A stretch of 64,000 nt of DNA from an uncultured bacterium (GCA_965368975.1 CBDUPA010000015.1:64001-128000), one strand, 5' to 3'; counted from the stretch's first letter, positions 18,085 through 30,913 are shown. The notes: generated by a model from the letters alone, not told the origin. Made by a program: numbers and translations.

Positions 18085-20217
18085 TCAACGCACACGCACG
18101 CCGTTGGGTACCTCGACGGACGGCGACACCAGGATCGGCTTACCTCCGTCCGAAGCAGCCAGCACCATGCCCTGGCTCTCGACCCCCATCAACTTGGCCG
18201 GCTTCAGATTGGCGACCACGACGACCTGGCGACCGATCAGCTCTTCGGGCGGATAGACCTTGGCGATGCCGGCAACGATCTGGCGCTTCTCGTCGCCCAG
18301 GTCGACCTGCAGCTTGAGCAGCTTGTTCGACTTCGGCACCGGCTCGGCCTCGACGATCGTGCCGGTGCGCAGCAGGACGTCGAAGAACTGATCGATGGTG
18401 ATCGGCGCCAGCGCTTCAACGGCGTCGGGATCGGGCTTGTTGCTCTGCTTGGCGGCAGCGGGCGCGTCCGTCTTGGGAGTGTCCGTGTTGGGAGTCTGGG
18501 TGGCGGTCGGTTCTGGGGTAGGCACAGGTGTCTCCGGAGTGGGTGTGGAAGGAGTGGATGCAGGCGCGAGCTCGGCCAAGACCTCGGCGACGTCGACGCG
18601 CGGGAACAAGGGATCCCCCTTGTGCACCTCGCTGCCGGCGCTGAGGCCGCCCCAGCGAACCCAGGTGTCGAACTCGCCGCGCCCCGTCTCACTCAACCGA
18701 GCGCCGTAGGCCGCGCAGCCCAGGCGACGCCAGATCTCTTCGGCCTTGGCCGGGATGACGGGCCACAGCAGGACGGTGGCGATACGCAGCGCTTCGGCCG
18801 CGTTGTAGAGAATGGTGGCGACCTCACCGGCGCGGTCGGTGTCTTTGATGCGCTTGAACGGCTCGGTCTTGTGGATGTAGCCATCGACCGCGCGCACCAA
18901 GTCGAGCGCGGCACCTGCGGCCCCCGCGAGGTCGCAGCGCTCGTAGGCGGCGACGGCCCGCTCGGCGGCGTCTTTGGCGGTGCCATCGTACTCGCGATCC
19001 TCGGCCACGGGCGCCCCGGGCTCGGGCACCTTGCCGTCGAAGTAACGGCCGGTCATGTTGAGCACGCGATTGAGGCAGTTGCCCAGCGAGTTGGCCAGAT
19101 CGCTGTTGTAGACCTCGACGTACTTGACCTCGGCGAAGTCGCTGTCGGTGGTGCCGAGCGGCCCTTGGGTGGCCAGGAAGTAGCGCAGGGTGTCGAGGCC
19201 GAAGCGCTCGACGTGTGCGTCGATCACTTCCAGGTCGATGAAGTTGCCCAGGCTCTTGCTCATCTTCTGGCCCTCGCGGATCCAGAAGCTATGCACGTAG
19301 AGGCAGCGCGGCAGGTGCATCCAGTCGTTGCCGTCCACTTTGCGCAGCGCCAGCAGCAGCGCCGGCCAGATGACCGCATGGAACCACAGGATGTCCTTGG
19401 CGATCAGGTGCAGGTTCGCGGGCCAGTAGCGGCGCAGCTCGTCGGTGTCGACGACGGTCAGGTAGTTGAACAGCGCGTCGATCCAGACGTAGATGGTGTG
19501 GCTCGGATCGCCGGGCATGGCAACGCCCCAGCCTTCGGCGCCGGTGCGACTGATCGGCACGTCGTTGAGACCCTCGCGCACCCGCGCCAGCACCTCGTTG
19601 CGCCGCGCCGCCGGCCGGACCGAGAACTCCTCGCCGGCCTCGAGCAGGCGTTCCAGTTCCTGCTGGTAGGCGCTGAGACGGAAGAAGTAGTTCTTCTCCT
19701 TCTTGCGCACCAAGGGCTTGCCGTTGATCGGGCTCTTGAAGTCGAAGTCCTTGGCCTTGGCCTCGGGCACGTACTCTTCTTGGCCCGCGTCGTACCAACC
19801 TTCGTACTCCCCCAAGTAGACATCACCGCCGTCGAGCAACTGCTGCACGTAGCGCTCGACCCGCTGCTTGTGCCGCGGCTCGGTAGTGCGGATGAAGTCG
19901 TCGTAGCCGAGACCCAGGGAGCGGAAGGCGTCCTGAAAGGCCGCGGCGTTCTGGTCGGCCCATGCCTGCGCGCTCAAGCCGCGCTCGGCGGCAGCGTCGA
20001 CGACTTTGGCGGCATGCTCGTCGGTGCCGGTCAGGAAGAAGACGTCGCGGCCCCGCAGGCGCTGGAAGCGCGCCAGGATGTCGGCCACCGTGGAGGTGTA
20101 GACGTGCCCGATGTGCGGCCGATCGTTGACGTAGTAGATGGGCGTCGTGATGTAGAAACACTCGCCGGTACGGGCATCGTCGGTGCCAGGAGTGTCCGTG
20201 CTGCTCTTGTCGCTCAT
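18085..20217 (-). CDS. metG: Methionine--tRNA ligase with C-terminal tRNA-binding domain
   Basis: YITTPIYYVN, HIGH, GTDEH, KMSKS; C-terminal RQIVAGI...NLKPAKLMGVESQGM. Confidence 0.96.
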   Translation of the reverse strand: MSDKSSTDTPGTDDARTGECFYITTPIYYVNDRPHIGHVYTSTVADILARFQRLRGRDVFFLTGTDEHAAKVVDAAAERGLSAQAWADQNAAAFQDAFRSLGLGYDDFIRTTEPRHKQRVERYVQQLLDGGDVYLGEYEGWYDAGQEEYVPEAKAKDFDFKSPINGKPLVRKKEKNYFFRLSAYQQELERLLEAGEEFSVRPAARRNEVLARVREGLNDVPISRTGAEGWGVAMPGDPSHTIYVWIDALFNYLTVVDTDELRRYWPANLHLIAKDILWFHAVIWPALLLALRKVDGNDWMHLPRCLYVHSFWIREGQKMSKSLGNFIDLEVIDAHVERFGLDTLRYFLATQGPLGTTDSDFAEVKYVEVYNSDLANSLGNCLNRVLNMTGRYFDGKVPEPGAPVAEDREYDGTAKDAAERAVAAYERCDLAGAAGAALDLVRAVDGYIHKTEPFKRIKDTDRAGEVATILYNAAEALRIATVLLWPVIPAKAEEIWRRLGCAAYGARLSETGRGEFDTWVRWGGLSAGSEVHKGDPLFPRVDVAEVLAELAPASTPSTPTPETPVPTPEPTATQTPNTDTPKTDAPAAAKQSNKPDPDAVEALAPITIDQFFDVLLRTGTIVEAEPVPKSNKLLKLQVDLGDEKRQIVAGIAKVYPPEELIGRQVVVVANLKPAKLMGVESQGMVLAASDGGKPILVSPSVEVPNGVRVR

Positions 20218-21122
20218 GAGGGCTCCGCCAGTTCTTCGGCGCGGAAGGTGTATTTGGTGCCGCAGTAGGCGCACTCGGCTTCGGTCGACGGCGTCTGGCG
20301 CAGGTAGTCGCGATCCTCGGACGGCAGGCCCTGCAGTTGGCTCAGCAGGCGGTCGCGGTCACAGCCGCAGCGATAGCCCAGAGTGCGCAGTTCCAGACGC
20401 TCGCGATCAATATCGCCGAGCACCGCGTCGAGCAGCGTCGCGACCCCCTGCTCCAGGTAGCGGCTGACGCTGTGCATGCCGGCCAGATTCTCTTCCAGCG
20501 CGCTCAGCACATCGTCGTCGGTGCCCGGCAGCGCCTCGATCACCAGGCCGCCCGCTGCGGCGACGCCGTCCGGACGGGTGAGCACGCCGAGCAAGACGGC
20601 CGAGTGAATCTGCTCGCTCTGGGCCAGGTAGTGCGCCAGGTTCTGACTCAGTCCCCCCTCGACCAACTCGACCTTGCTGGTGTAGCGCTGACCACCGGTA
20701 GGCTCCCGGATCACCTCCAGGGTGCCGGTACCGAGCAGCGGTCGCACGGCGATGTCCGTGCTCGACGAGCCAACGACGCCAGGATCACCGCCATCCTGTG
20801 AAGGGTCGGACAGGAGCGGGTCGGAGATCATGCTGCGCACGGTCCCGTCCTCGTGAGCTTCCGCCATCAAGCGCTGCAGTGGACCATCGCCGCGCGCTTC
20901 GACGATCAGACGCTGGGGTGTCTTGCTCATCAGTCGCAGCACCAGCGAGGTACCGGTCATGATCTGCCCGAGCGCCACCGCCGCGGACGGTGAAAGGTCG
21001 CGCCGCTGGCGCAGCGTCTCGACGATGTCGGTCAGATCCGCCAGCACCCAGCGCAGGCTACCGTTGGCGGCCAGACCGGAGTGCAGGGTTCCGTGTGCGA
21101 GGGTTTCAGGATACTCAGCCAT
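20214..21122 (-). CDS. hslO: Hsp33 redox-regulated chaperone
   Basis: YLAQSEQ, AAGGLVIEALPG, C-terminal CGC...CAYC zinc motif. Confidence 0.88.
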   Translation of the reverse strand: MAEYPETLAHGTLHSGLAANGSLRWVLADLTDIVETLRQRRDLSPSAAVALGQIMTGTSLVLRLMSKTPQRLIVEARGDGPLQRLMAEAHEDGTVRSMISDPLLSDPSQDGGDPGVVGSSSTDIAVRPLLGTGTLEVIREPTGGQRYTSKVELVEGGLSQNLAHYLAQSEQIHSAVLLGVLTRPDGVAAAGGLVIEALPGTDDDVLSALEENLAGMHSVSRYLEQGVATLLDAVLGDIDRERLELRTLGYRCGCDRDRLLSQLQGLPSEDRDYLRQTPSTEAECAYCGTKYTFRAEELAEPS

Positions 21123-21202
21123 GGGCCGCTGATCCTACCGCGAAGTCGTCCACCCCTGAAACTGCATCTCCACTCGAGCGGCCAACCCCCGGAGCCGGGG
21201 CG

Positions 21203-21973
21203 TCAGCCAAGGTCGAAGATCTCCTCAGGCACCGTGCACAATCCCATCTGCTGCATCGACGACCAGCGACTGGCGCCCGCCAGGATCATGTGATCGACCA
21301 GACGCACCCCGAGGGCCACGGCAGCGATCGCCAGGCGGCGCGTGAAGACCATATCTTCAAGGCTGGGCGCCGGGTTGCCGCTGGGATGGTTGTGAAATAC
21401 CAGCACCGCGGCAGCGTTACGCACCAGCGCTTCCTTGAGGATCAGCCGCGGCTCGACCGTGGCGCGTGCCAGCGTGCCACGGTACAGCTCACGCTCGGCC
21501 AGGATGCCGTTGCGAGCGTCCAGGAACAGGGCACCCATCACTTCTTGATCCGGGCAGGCGTAGCGCAGCAGCAGGTACCGCGCTACTTCCGACGGCCGGC
21601 GCATCGGGTCGCGCTCGGGGATTTCCGCCTGCGCCAGACGCCGGCCGATCTCGACCGCCGCCATCAGCGTCGCCGTCTTGGCCGGTCCAAGGCCGTGCCG
21701 GCGCAGCATCGAGGCCTCGACACCGACCAGACCGTCCAGACTCCTGCGCTCTTGCAGCAGTTCGCGCGCCAGATCGAGGGCGGAGGCTCCCGGCCGGCCG
21801 GTCCGCAGCAAGACCGCCAGGAGTTCGCTGTCGGTCAAGGCACTGCTGCCAACACGCAGCAGGCGTTCCCGCGGACGTTCCTCCAGGGGAATATCCGAAA
21901 TGGCGACGTGTCGGGTCGGACCCGGGGTGGGGGTGGTCGTGGCGGAAGATTGGCTCATCGCACTCGTCTCCAT
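21203..21973 (-). CDS. radC: RadC-family JAB-domain protein
   Basis: ERPRERL, LTDSELLAVLLRTG, HNHPSG, LVDHMI. Confidence 0.93.
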   Translation of the reverse strand: METSAMSQSSATTTPTPGPTRHVAISDIPLEERPRERLLRVGSSALTDSELLAVLLRTGRPGASALDLARELLQERRSLDGLVGVEASMLRRHGLGPAKTATLMAAVEIGRRLAQAEIPERDPMRRPSEVARYLLLRYACPDQEVMGALFLDARNGILAERELYRGTLARATVEPRLILKEALVRNAAAVLVFHNHPSGNPAPSLEDMVFTRRLAIAAVALGVRLVDHMILAGASRWSSMQQMGLCTVPEEIFDLG

Positions 21974-22081
21974 CGGAATCGAAGGTGGTCGTCGTACAGC
22001 TGCGCGGCATCCACCCTATATAGACGACAAACGGAGGCGCGATCTGTCGCCTGGCGCGAAGATTCGATCAGACTTTTTTCG

Positions 22082-22111
22082 TTGACACGAGGGATTCACC
22101 ATCTGTATAAA
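22082..22111 (+). promoter_or_regulatory. Sigma70-type promoter candidate for pdaD-speB
   Basis: TTGACA (22082-22087), 18 bp spacer, TATAAA (22106-22111). Confidence 0.55.
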
Positions 22112-22215
22112 CGCTCCCGGATCGGCGTTCCTGGTGCCCAGCAGCGGGGCGACTCAGCGGTCCGTCCCCCACACACGATCAACGCTCTTGCAGCACCACC
22201 AGGAGGCTCCAGACT

Positions 22216-22761
22216 ATGTGGGTTCCTAAGCGAATGTTCATGACCAAGGGAGTCGGCGTCCACAAGGAGAAGCTGACCAGCTTCGAGATGGCTCTGCGCG
22301 ACGCAGGTATCGCCGCCATCAATATCGTGCGGGTGTCCAGCATCTTCCCGCCGCACTGCGAGATCATCGACAAGAAAGAGGGCTTGAAGGAGCTGATTCC
22401 AGGCGCGGTCGTGCACTGCGTCGTGGCCGAGTCAGCGACCAACGAGCCGCACCGCCTGATCGCGTCGTCGGTCGGCGTGGCGCAACCGTCGAACCCCGAC
22501 CAGTACGGCTACCTTTCCGAGCACCACACGTTCGGCGAAGACGCGCAGACCGCCGGCGACTATGCCGAGGACCTGGCCGCGACCATGCTGGCAACGACGC
22601 TGGGCGTCGACTTCAACCCCGACACGTCCTATGACGAGAAGCGCGAGATCTGGCGTATCTCTGGCCAGATCGTCAACACCTCGGCGATCACCCAGGTAGC
22701 AACGGGCGATCTACAAGGACGCTGGACGACGACGATCGCGGCCTCTGTGCTGCTGCCCTGA
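22216..22761 (+). CDS. pdaD: Pyruvoyl-dependent arginine decarboxylase
   Basis: SFEMALRDAGI, NIVRVSSIFPP (Ser-Ser self-cleavage site), YGYLSEHH; adjacent to agmatinase. Confidence 0.9.
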   Translation: MWVPKRMFMTKGVGVHKEKLTSFEMALRDAGIAAINIVRVSSIFPPHCEIIDKKEGLKELIPGAVVHCVVAESATNEPHRLIASSVGVAQPSNPDQYGYLSEHHTFGEDAQTAGDYAEDLAATMLATTLGVDFNPDTSYDEKREIWRISGQIVNTSAITQVATGDLQGRWTTTIAASVLLP

Positions 22762-23682
22762 ATGCCTGCGATTCCAGTCGAGTTCCTGGGGCTCGAGCAG
22801 GCCGGCGCGCACGGCGACAGGGCTGCCGACAAGGCAGCCCGTGTCGCCGTCCTGCCGCTGCCTTTCGAGCGCACGACGTCCTACGGCAAGGGCACCAGCG
22901 AGGGCCCTGCAGCCTTGCTGGCGGCGTCGATGCAGGTCGAGCTGTACGACGAGGAACTGCAGTGTGAACCGTTCGAGAACCTGCAGCTCGAGACGCTGGC
23001 ACCGTTCCACGCCGAGGCTTTCGACCTCGAAACGGCGCTGGCGGAGATCCAGGACGAGGCCGAACGTCACGTGCGCGCCGGCAAGCTACTGATCAGCCTC
23101 GGCGGTGAGCACAGCCTGACGCTGGCGACGGCGCGCGCGGTGGCAGCGGTCCTCGGACCTCCCGAGCAGCTCGGCGTCGTGCAATTCGACGCCCACGCCG
23201 ACCTGCGGGACAGCTACGAGGGCACCCCCTTCTCCCACGCCTGCGTGCTGCGCCGGCTGCTCGACGACGGCCACCCGACCGCCGCGGTAGGCATCCGAGC
23301 GCTGTCCGCCGCCGAGGGTGAGCTGATCCGCGAGCGCTCGTTACCGACACTCTGGGGCCACGAGCTGACGCGCCTGCCACAGGCAGAGCTGGAAGCCCGC
23401 TTCGACGCCATGCTCGATGGCCTGCCGCCACGCGTCTACCTGACATTCGACGTCGACTACTTCGACCCGCCGCTGATGGCAGCGACCGGCACGCCGGTGC
23501 CGGGCGGCGGCACCTGGTGGCCAACCCTCACTTTGCTGCGGCGCCTGTTCGAGCGCAAGCAGGTGGTCGCCTTCGACGTCGTCGAGCTGGCGCCCCGCGC
23601 CGGCCTGCACGCCTGCGACTTCCTGGCCGCGCAGTTGACCGCCAAGTGCCTGGCCTACTGGCTGCAGGCACGCCACCCTTGA
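22762..23682 (+). CDS. speB: Agmatinase
   Basis: GGEHS, FDAHADLRD, TFDVDYFDP, TGTPVPGG, DVVELAP ureohydrolase motifs. Confidence 0.9.
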   Translation: MPAIPVEFLGLEQAGAHGDRAADKAARVAVLPLPFERTTSYGKGTSEGPAALLAASMQVELYDEELQCEPFENLQLETLAPFHAEAFDLETALAEIQDEAERHVRAGKLLISLGGEHSLTLATARAVAAVLGPPEQLGVVQFDAHADLRDSYEGTPFSHACVLRRLLDDGHPTAAVGIRALSAAEGELIRERSLPTLWGHELTRLPQAELEARFDAMLDGLPPRVYLTFDVDYFDPPLMAATGTPVPGGGTWWPTLTLLRRLFERKQVVAFDVVELAPRAGLHACDFLAAQLTAKCLAYWLQARHP

Positions 23683-23716
23683 ACGACGCGAGTCCAAGGA
23701 TCGGTATACTCGATCC

Positions 23717-26125
23717 ATGACCGAGATCGCCGAGACGGAAACGACCGGCACCGCGCCACCTGGCGCCGACCCTCGAACAGAAGAGTCCGATGCTCCGGAT
23801 GCGAGCCTTGGAGGCTCGAGCACCGGAGACAGCTCGGCAACTCACCGGCTGGTGGTCGTCGAGACGCCGGCCGCGGCGCTCCACACCGGGCACATGCTCC
23901 TGCACCCCGACGACTTGGTAGAACTGCAGAGCGCAGAAGACAGCGCGCTCGAAGTCGCCGGTCGCCACATGACCGTGTGCTGGGCACAACTCGGCACGCG
24001 ACTCCAGCCCGGCACCGTGGCACTCGCCCCGGTGACGCGCCAGAACGCTGGCGCCGGTCCGGGCGACACGGTTACCGTGCGTCCGGTTCTCCTGCGCGAC
24101 GCCACACGCGTGATCCTGGAGTCCGACGGCGAAGAGACGTGGGCCAGCGCACCATCCCCAGCACACGAACGAGCGGAGACTCTCCGGGAGGAGCGTCTGC
24201 GGCAGTTGCTCACCGGCCTGCCCGTGGTCACCGGCGACCGCGTGCACCTCCACCTGGACGACTCGTGCCTGGACGAGACCGGCGAGGACACAGACACCTC
24301 CGGCACCCTCGGTGAATCCCTCGAGCTGACCGTGGTTGCGACCTCGCCGTCGCGGCCGGTGCGCATCCATGCTGGCACCGAGGTGCTCTTCGGCAAGCAT
24401 CGGCTGGGCTCGGGAGAGTCGGGGTCGCGTGAGTTGGCGCCGCGCCGTACCCGCTACCTGGACATCGGTGGTCTGCGACCGCAACTGGCGCGCATCCGTG
24501 AACTGATCGAATTGCCGCTACGCCACCCGGAAGTCTACCGTCAGCTGGGAATCGACCCACCGAGCGGTGTCCTGCTCTACGGCCCTCCGGGTTGCGGCAA
24601 GACCCTGATCGCGCGCGCCATCGCGGAAGAGACCGAGTCGCGCTTCGTGTCGATCAGCGGCCCCGAGATCCTCCACAGCCTGTACGGCGAAAGCGAAGCC
24701 CAGCTGCGCAAGATCTTCGAGGAAGCCGCCAGCCATGCACCCGCGATCCTCTTCCTGGACGAGATCGACGCCATCGCACCCGTGCGTGAGCACGTCCACG
24801 GCGAAGTCGAGAAGCGCGTCGTGTCCCAGCTACTGACCCTGCTCGACGGCTTGTCGATGCGCCGCCAGCAGGTGGTTGTGATCGCCGCCACCAACCGCCC
24901 CAACGCCATCGACCCGGCGCTGCGCCGCCCCGGTCGCTTCGACCGCGAGATCTACATCCCGATCCCCGACGCCAGCGGCCGGCGCGAGATCCTGTCGGTG
25001 CACAGCCACAGTATGCCGCTGGGCGACGACGTCGACCTGCAGCAGCTGGCCGCGGTCACCCACGGCTTCGTCGGCGCGGACCTACTGGCCTTGTGCCGCG
25101 AGGCCGCCATGGCGCGGCTGCGACGCCTGTTCGGCGACGATCCCGCCGGCCAAACTTCCTTGCCGCCGAAGCGCCTGGCCAGCCTGCGCATCGAGATGGG
25201 CGACTTCGTCACCGCGCTGCGGGAGGTAGAGCCTTCGGCACTGCGCGAGGTGGTGGTCGAGGCGCCCAGCCTGGGCTGGGATCAGGTCGCCGGCCTGCAA
25301 GCGGTCAAGCAGCACCTGACCGAGGCCTTCCGCTGGCCGCTGCGCCACCCAGAGTTGTTTCTGGCCGCTGGCGTGCGCCCGACCAAGGGTCTCTTGCTCA
25401 GCGGCCCACCCGGCTGCGGCAAAACCCTGATCGCCAAGGCGCTGGCATCCGAGACCGAGGTCAACTTCATCGCCGCGCACAGCGCCGCCCTGCTGTCGCG
25501 CTACGTCGGTGACTCCGAGCGAGCGGTGCGCGAGATCTTCCAGAAGGCGCGGCAGGCAGCCCCCTGCGTGCTTTTCCTCGACGAACTGGATGCCCTGGTG
25601 CCCGCGCGCGGCACCGACTCCTTCACCTCCGGCGTCAGCGAGCGAGTGCTATCCCAGTTCCTGGTCGAGCTCGACGGTGTCGAGGAACTGCGCGGCGTGC
25701 TCGTCCTCGGCGCCACGAACCGTCCCGACATGCTCGACCCCGCGCTGCGTCGCCCTGGCCGCTTCGACCTGGAGATCGCGGTACCTCTGCCCAACCGCGA
25801 CGAACGACGGGAGATCTTCGCCGTCCACCTGGCCAACAAGCCGCTGGCCGAGGACGTCGAGGATCTCGACCACCTGGCCGCGGATAGTGACGGCCTGAGC
25901 GGCGCTGACATCGCCGAAGTCTGCCGCCGCGCCGGCCTGAGCGCAGTGCGCCGGGTCCTCGGTGGCGATTCCGTCGAGCACGGCAAAGCCGTCGAGCAAG
26001 GAGAGTCGGACGCGTGCAGAGTCCGCGTCACGCGCAGCGACCTGCGGCACGCCCTTGCCGATCTGCGCAAGGCCCCGGCCGTCGCCCCCCACCCCCTGTC
26101 GCCCAAAGCCAGTCCTCAATCCTGA
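23717..26125 (+). CDS. CDC48/VCP-family double-ring AAA+ ATPase
   Basis: Two AAA modules, each with GPPGCGKT, FLDE(I/L)D, ATNRP and LRRPGRFD; EPSALRE linker; divergent N-domain. Confidence 0.92.
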   Translation: MTEIAETETTGTAPPGADPRTEESDAPDASLGGSSTGDSSATHRLVVVETPAAALHTGHMLLHPDDLVELQSAEDSALEVAGRHMTVCWAQLGTRLQPGTVALAPVTRQNAGAGPGDTVTVRPVLLRDATRVILESDGEETWASAPSPAHERAETLREERLRQLLTGLPVVTGDRVHLHLDDSCLDETGEDTDTSGTLGESLELTVVATSPSRPVRIHAGTEVLFGKHRLGSGESGSRELAPRRTRYLDIGGLRPQLARIRELIELPLRHPEVYRQLGIDPPSGVLLYGPPGCGKTLIARAIAEETESRFVSISGPEILHSLYGESEAQLRKIFEEAASHAPAILFLDEIDAIAPVREHVHGEVEKRVVSQLLTLLDGLSMRRQQVVVIAATNRPNAIDPALRRPGRFDREIYIPIPDASGRREILSVHSHSMPLGDDVDLQQLAAVTHGFVGADLLALCREAAMARLRRLFGDDPAGQTSLPPKRLASLRIEMGDFVTALREVEPSALREVVVEAPSLGWDQVAGLQAVKQHLTEAFRWPLRHPELFLAAGVRPTKGLLLSGPPGCGKTLIAKALASETEVNFIAAHSAALLSRYVGDSERAVREIFQKARQAAPCVLFLDELDALVPARGTDSFTSGVSERVLSQFLVELDGVEELRGVLVLGATNRPDMLDPALRRPGRFDLEIAVPLPNRDERREIFAVHLANKPLAEDVEDLDHLAADSDGLSGADIAEVCRRAGLSAVRRVLGGDSVEHGKAVEQGESDACRVRVTRSDLRHALADLRKAPAVAPHPLSPKASPQS

Positions 26126-26221
26126 GGCCCGGCCGTGTGCGGAGGAGCCCGATACGTGCGAAGACAACCACGAGCGGGCGGACCGCACGTGAAGAAATTG
26201 ACCTTCAACACGCGTAAACCC

Positions 26222-26249
26222 TTGACACTGAGGTAGTAGACGGTAAAAT
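26222..26249 (+). promoter_or_regulatory. Sigma70-type promoter candidate upstream of M23 peptidase-secA
   Basis: TTGACA (26222-26227), 16 bp spacer, TAAAAT (26244-26249). Confidence 0.6.
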
Positions 26250-26347
26250 CTGAGGCTGTCTGGACGCTGAAAATTCCTTGCGCACGCTAATTTATCGTCA
26301 GCTGTATTGATATCATGGCAAGATAGCATCGCTAAACGGGGTCATCC

Positions 26348-27271
26348 ATGGCATTGAAGCATCACACCATCATTCTGGTCCCTCACGCCCGCGCTCGTCT
26401 GCGCAAATGGCACATCACCAACCGCCAGCTTGGGATCTTCGGTGCCAGCTTCCTTGCCCTCACCCTAGCCGCTTGCTACATCGCCTGGTCGTACTTCACG
26501 ACCACGGTCGACAGACGCCAGATCACCCGCTTACAACAAGAGAACGAGAGCCTGCGCGGCGTCAACGACTCGTTCAAGAACACCGTCGAAGGGCTCGAAG
26601 CTCGCCTGAGCGAATACGAGAAGCGCACTCGGGATCTGGCGATCCTCGCCGGCCTCGACACCAGCAACACCGGTATCGGTGGCCCCACCGGCTTCGGCCT
26701 GGATGCCAGTGCCCTCGAGAGCGGCGACCATCGTGGCGCCAGTCTGAACGTTGGCAACAATCTGCCGGGTGACCTCGACTTCCTGCACTTCCGGACCGAG
26801 AATCTGGACGGCACTCTCGACACCGTCGCGCAGCGCTTGGAAGAGCGCCAACGCTGGCTCGCCTCGATGCCCACCATCGCTCCCGTCAAGGCGCTGATGA
26901 GCAGCCGCTTCGGCATGCGCACTGATCCCGTGCACGGCCGTCGCGCCATGCACTCGGGCATCGACTTCGCAGCCTCTCCGGGCGCACCGGTAGTCGCCAC
27001 CGCAGACGGCATCGTCACCCGCGCCCGCCGCCTCTCCGGCCTGGGCAACGCGGTCTACGTCTCGCACGGCTTCGGCATCGTGACCCGCTACGGCCACATG
27101 TCACGCCTTGCCGTCCAGGAAGGCCAGGAGGTCAAGCGCGGTGACGTCGTCGGCTACGTCGGCAACACCGGACGCTCCACCGGCTACCATCTGCACTACG
27201 AAGTGCGCGTCGACGGCAAGGCCGAAAACCCGATCGGCTATCTGCTCGACTACTCGCGTCGACGCCGCTAA
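26348..27271 (+). CDS. M23-family metallopeptidase with TM anchor and coiled coil
   Basis: HSGID, YGHMS, GNTGRSTGYHLHYEV. Confidence 0.93.
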   Translation: MALKHHTIILVPHARARLRKWHITNRQLGIFGASFLALTLAACYIAWSYFTTTVDRRQITRLQQENESLRGVNDSFKNTVEGLEARLSEYEKRTRDLAILAGLDTSNTGIGGPTGFGLDASALESGDHRGASLNVGNNLPGDLDFLHFRTENLDGTLDTVAQRLEERQRWLASMPTIAPVKALMSSRFGMRTDPVHGRRAMHSGIDFAASPGAPVVATADGIVTRARRLSGLGNAVYVSHGFGIVTRYGHMSRLAVQEGQEVKRGDVVGYVGNTGRSTGYHLHYEVRVDGKAENPIGYLLDYSRRRR

Positions 27272-27492
27272 CCCCCTCCTCCCCTCCCGCGTTCACCGTC
27301 CCTACTTCTGCTAGACTGCCGCTGCCAGGCTGGCAGCCAGCTGCCCCGTAGAACACCACGTCTTGGCGTTCGAAGGCACCCGCGCGCTCACCGATCGAGC
27401 CCAGCCCGCACCCAACCGAGACGGACCAGCCTCGCCCCCACCACTGCCAGAATCACCCGCGAGAGGCCCCACAGGGAACCCCAGAGGAAACG

Positions 27493-30228
<2,736 letters not shown>

Positions 30229-30235
30229 CGCCCCC

Positions 30236-30264
30236 TTGACAAAATCGAACGATCGTCCTATTTT
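30236..30264 (+). promoter_or_regulatory. Sigma70 promoter with overlapping TetR operator; probably a leaderless tetR transcript
   Basis: TTGACA (30236-30241), 17 bp spacer, TATTTT (30259-30264), ATG at 30271 with no SD; imperfect palindrome AAAATCGAACGATCGTCCTATTTT. Confidence 0.65.
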
Positions 30265-30270
30265 CTCTCC

Positions 30271-30870
30271 ATGACGAAGGGCGACGAAACCAAGGCCGCG
30301 ATCCTGCCGCAAGCGATGGCCCTGGCCAGCCAGAAGGGGCTGGAGGCGCTGAGCATCGGTGAGTTGGCCAAAGTCGTCGGTATGTCGAAGAGCGGTCTCT
30401 TCGCCCACTTCGACTCCAAGGAGAACCTGCAACTGCAGGTCCTGGCCACCGCCGCCGAGTATTTCGTCGAGACGGTCGTCTCGCCCGCCTTCAAGGCACC
30501 ACGTGGCATTCCGCGTCTGCGAGCCCTGTTCGACAACTGGCTACGTTGGGCGCACGACCCGAATCTGCCCGGCGGCTGCCTGTTCTTGGCCGTCGCCAAC
30601 GAACTGGACGATCGACCTGGACCCGTACGCGACCGCCTGGTCGCCTACCAGCGCGACTGGTTCGACACGCTGGCCAACGCCGCACGCATCGCCATCAAGG
30701 AAGGGCACTTCCGCGACGATCTCGACGGAGCCCAATTCGCCTACGACTTCTACTCCGTCATCCTCGCCTACCACCACTTCCATCGGCTGATTCGCGACCC
30801 CCAGGCTGAGACGCGCGCCCGCAGCGGCTTCGAGCGCTTGCTCGACGACGCCGCAACGGCACAGGCCTGA
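30271..30870 (+). CDS. TetR/AcrR-family transcriptional regulator
   Basis: LSIGELAKVVGMSKSGLFAHFDSKE HTH; PGGC motif. Confidence 0.95.
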   Translation: MTKGDETKAAILPQAMALASQKGLEALSIGELAKVVGMSKSGLFAHFDSKENLQLQVLATAAEYFVETVVSPAFKAPRGIPRLRALFDNWLRWAHDPNLPGGCLFLAVANELDDRPGPVRDRLVAYQRDWFDTLANAARIAIKEGHFRDDLDGAQFAYDFYSVILAYHHFHRLIRDPQAETRARSGFERLLDDAATAQA

Positions 30871-30913
30871 CCTCTTCACCGGCTGTTGCTCACGGCAACC
30901 CGAGGACATCCAG

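Noticed and set aside
21203-21973. radC as a marker of a mobile element
   Set aside because: Full-length chromosomal-type RadC among housekeeping genes, with no integrase, transposase or att repeats nearby.
26260-26347. Possible c-di-AMP (ydaO) riboswitch before the M23 peptidase (GCTGAA...CGTCAGCT)
   Set aside because: The two motifs are only about 30 nt apart and the central conserved elements are missing.
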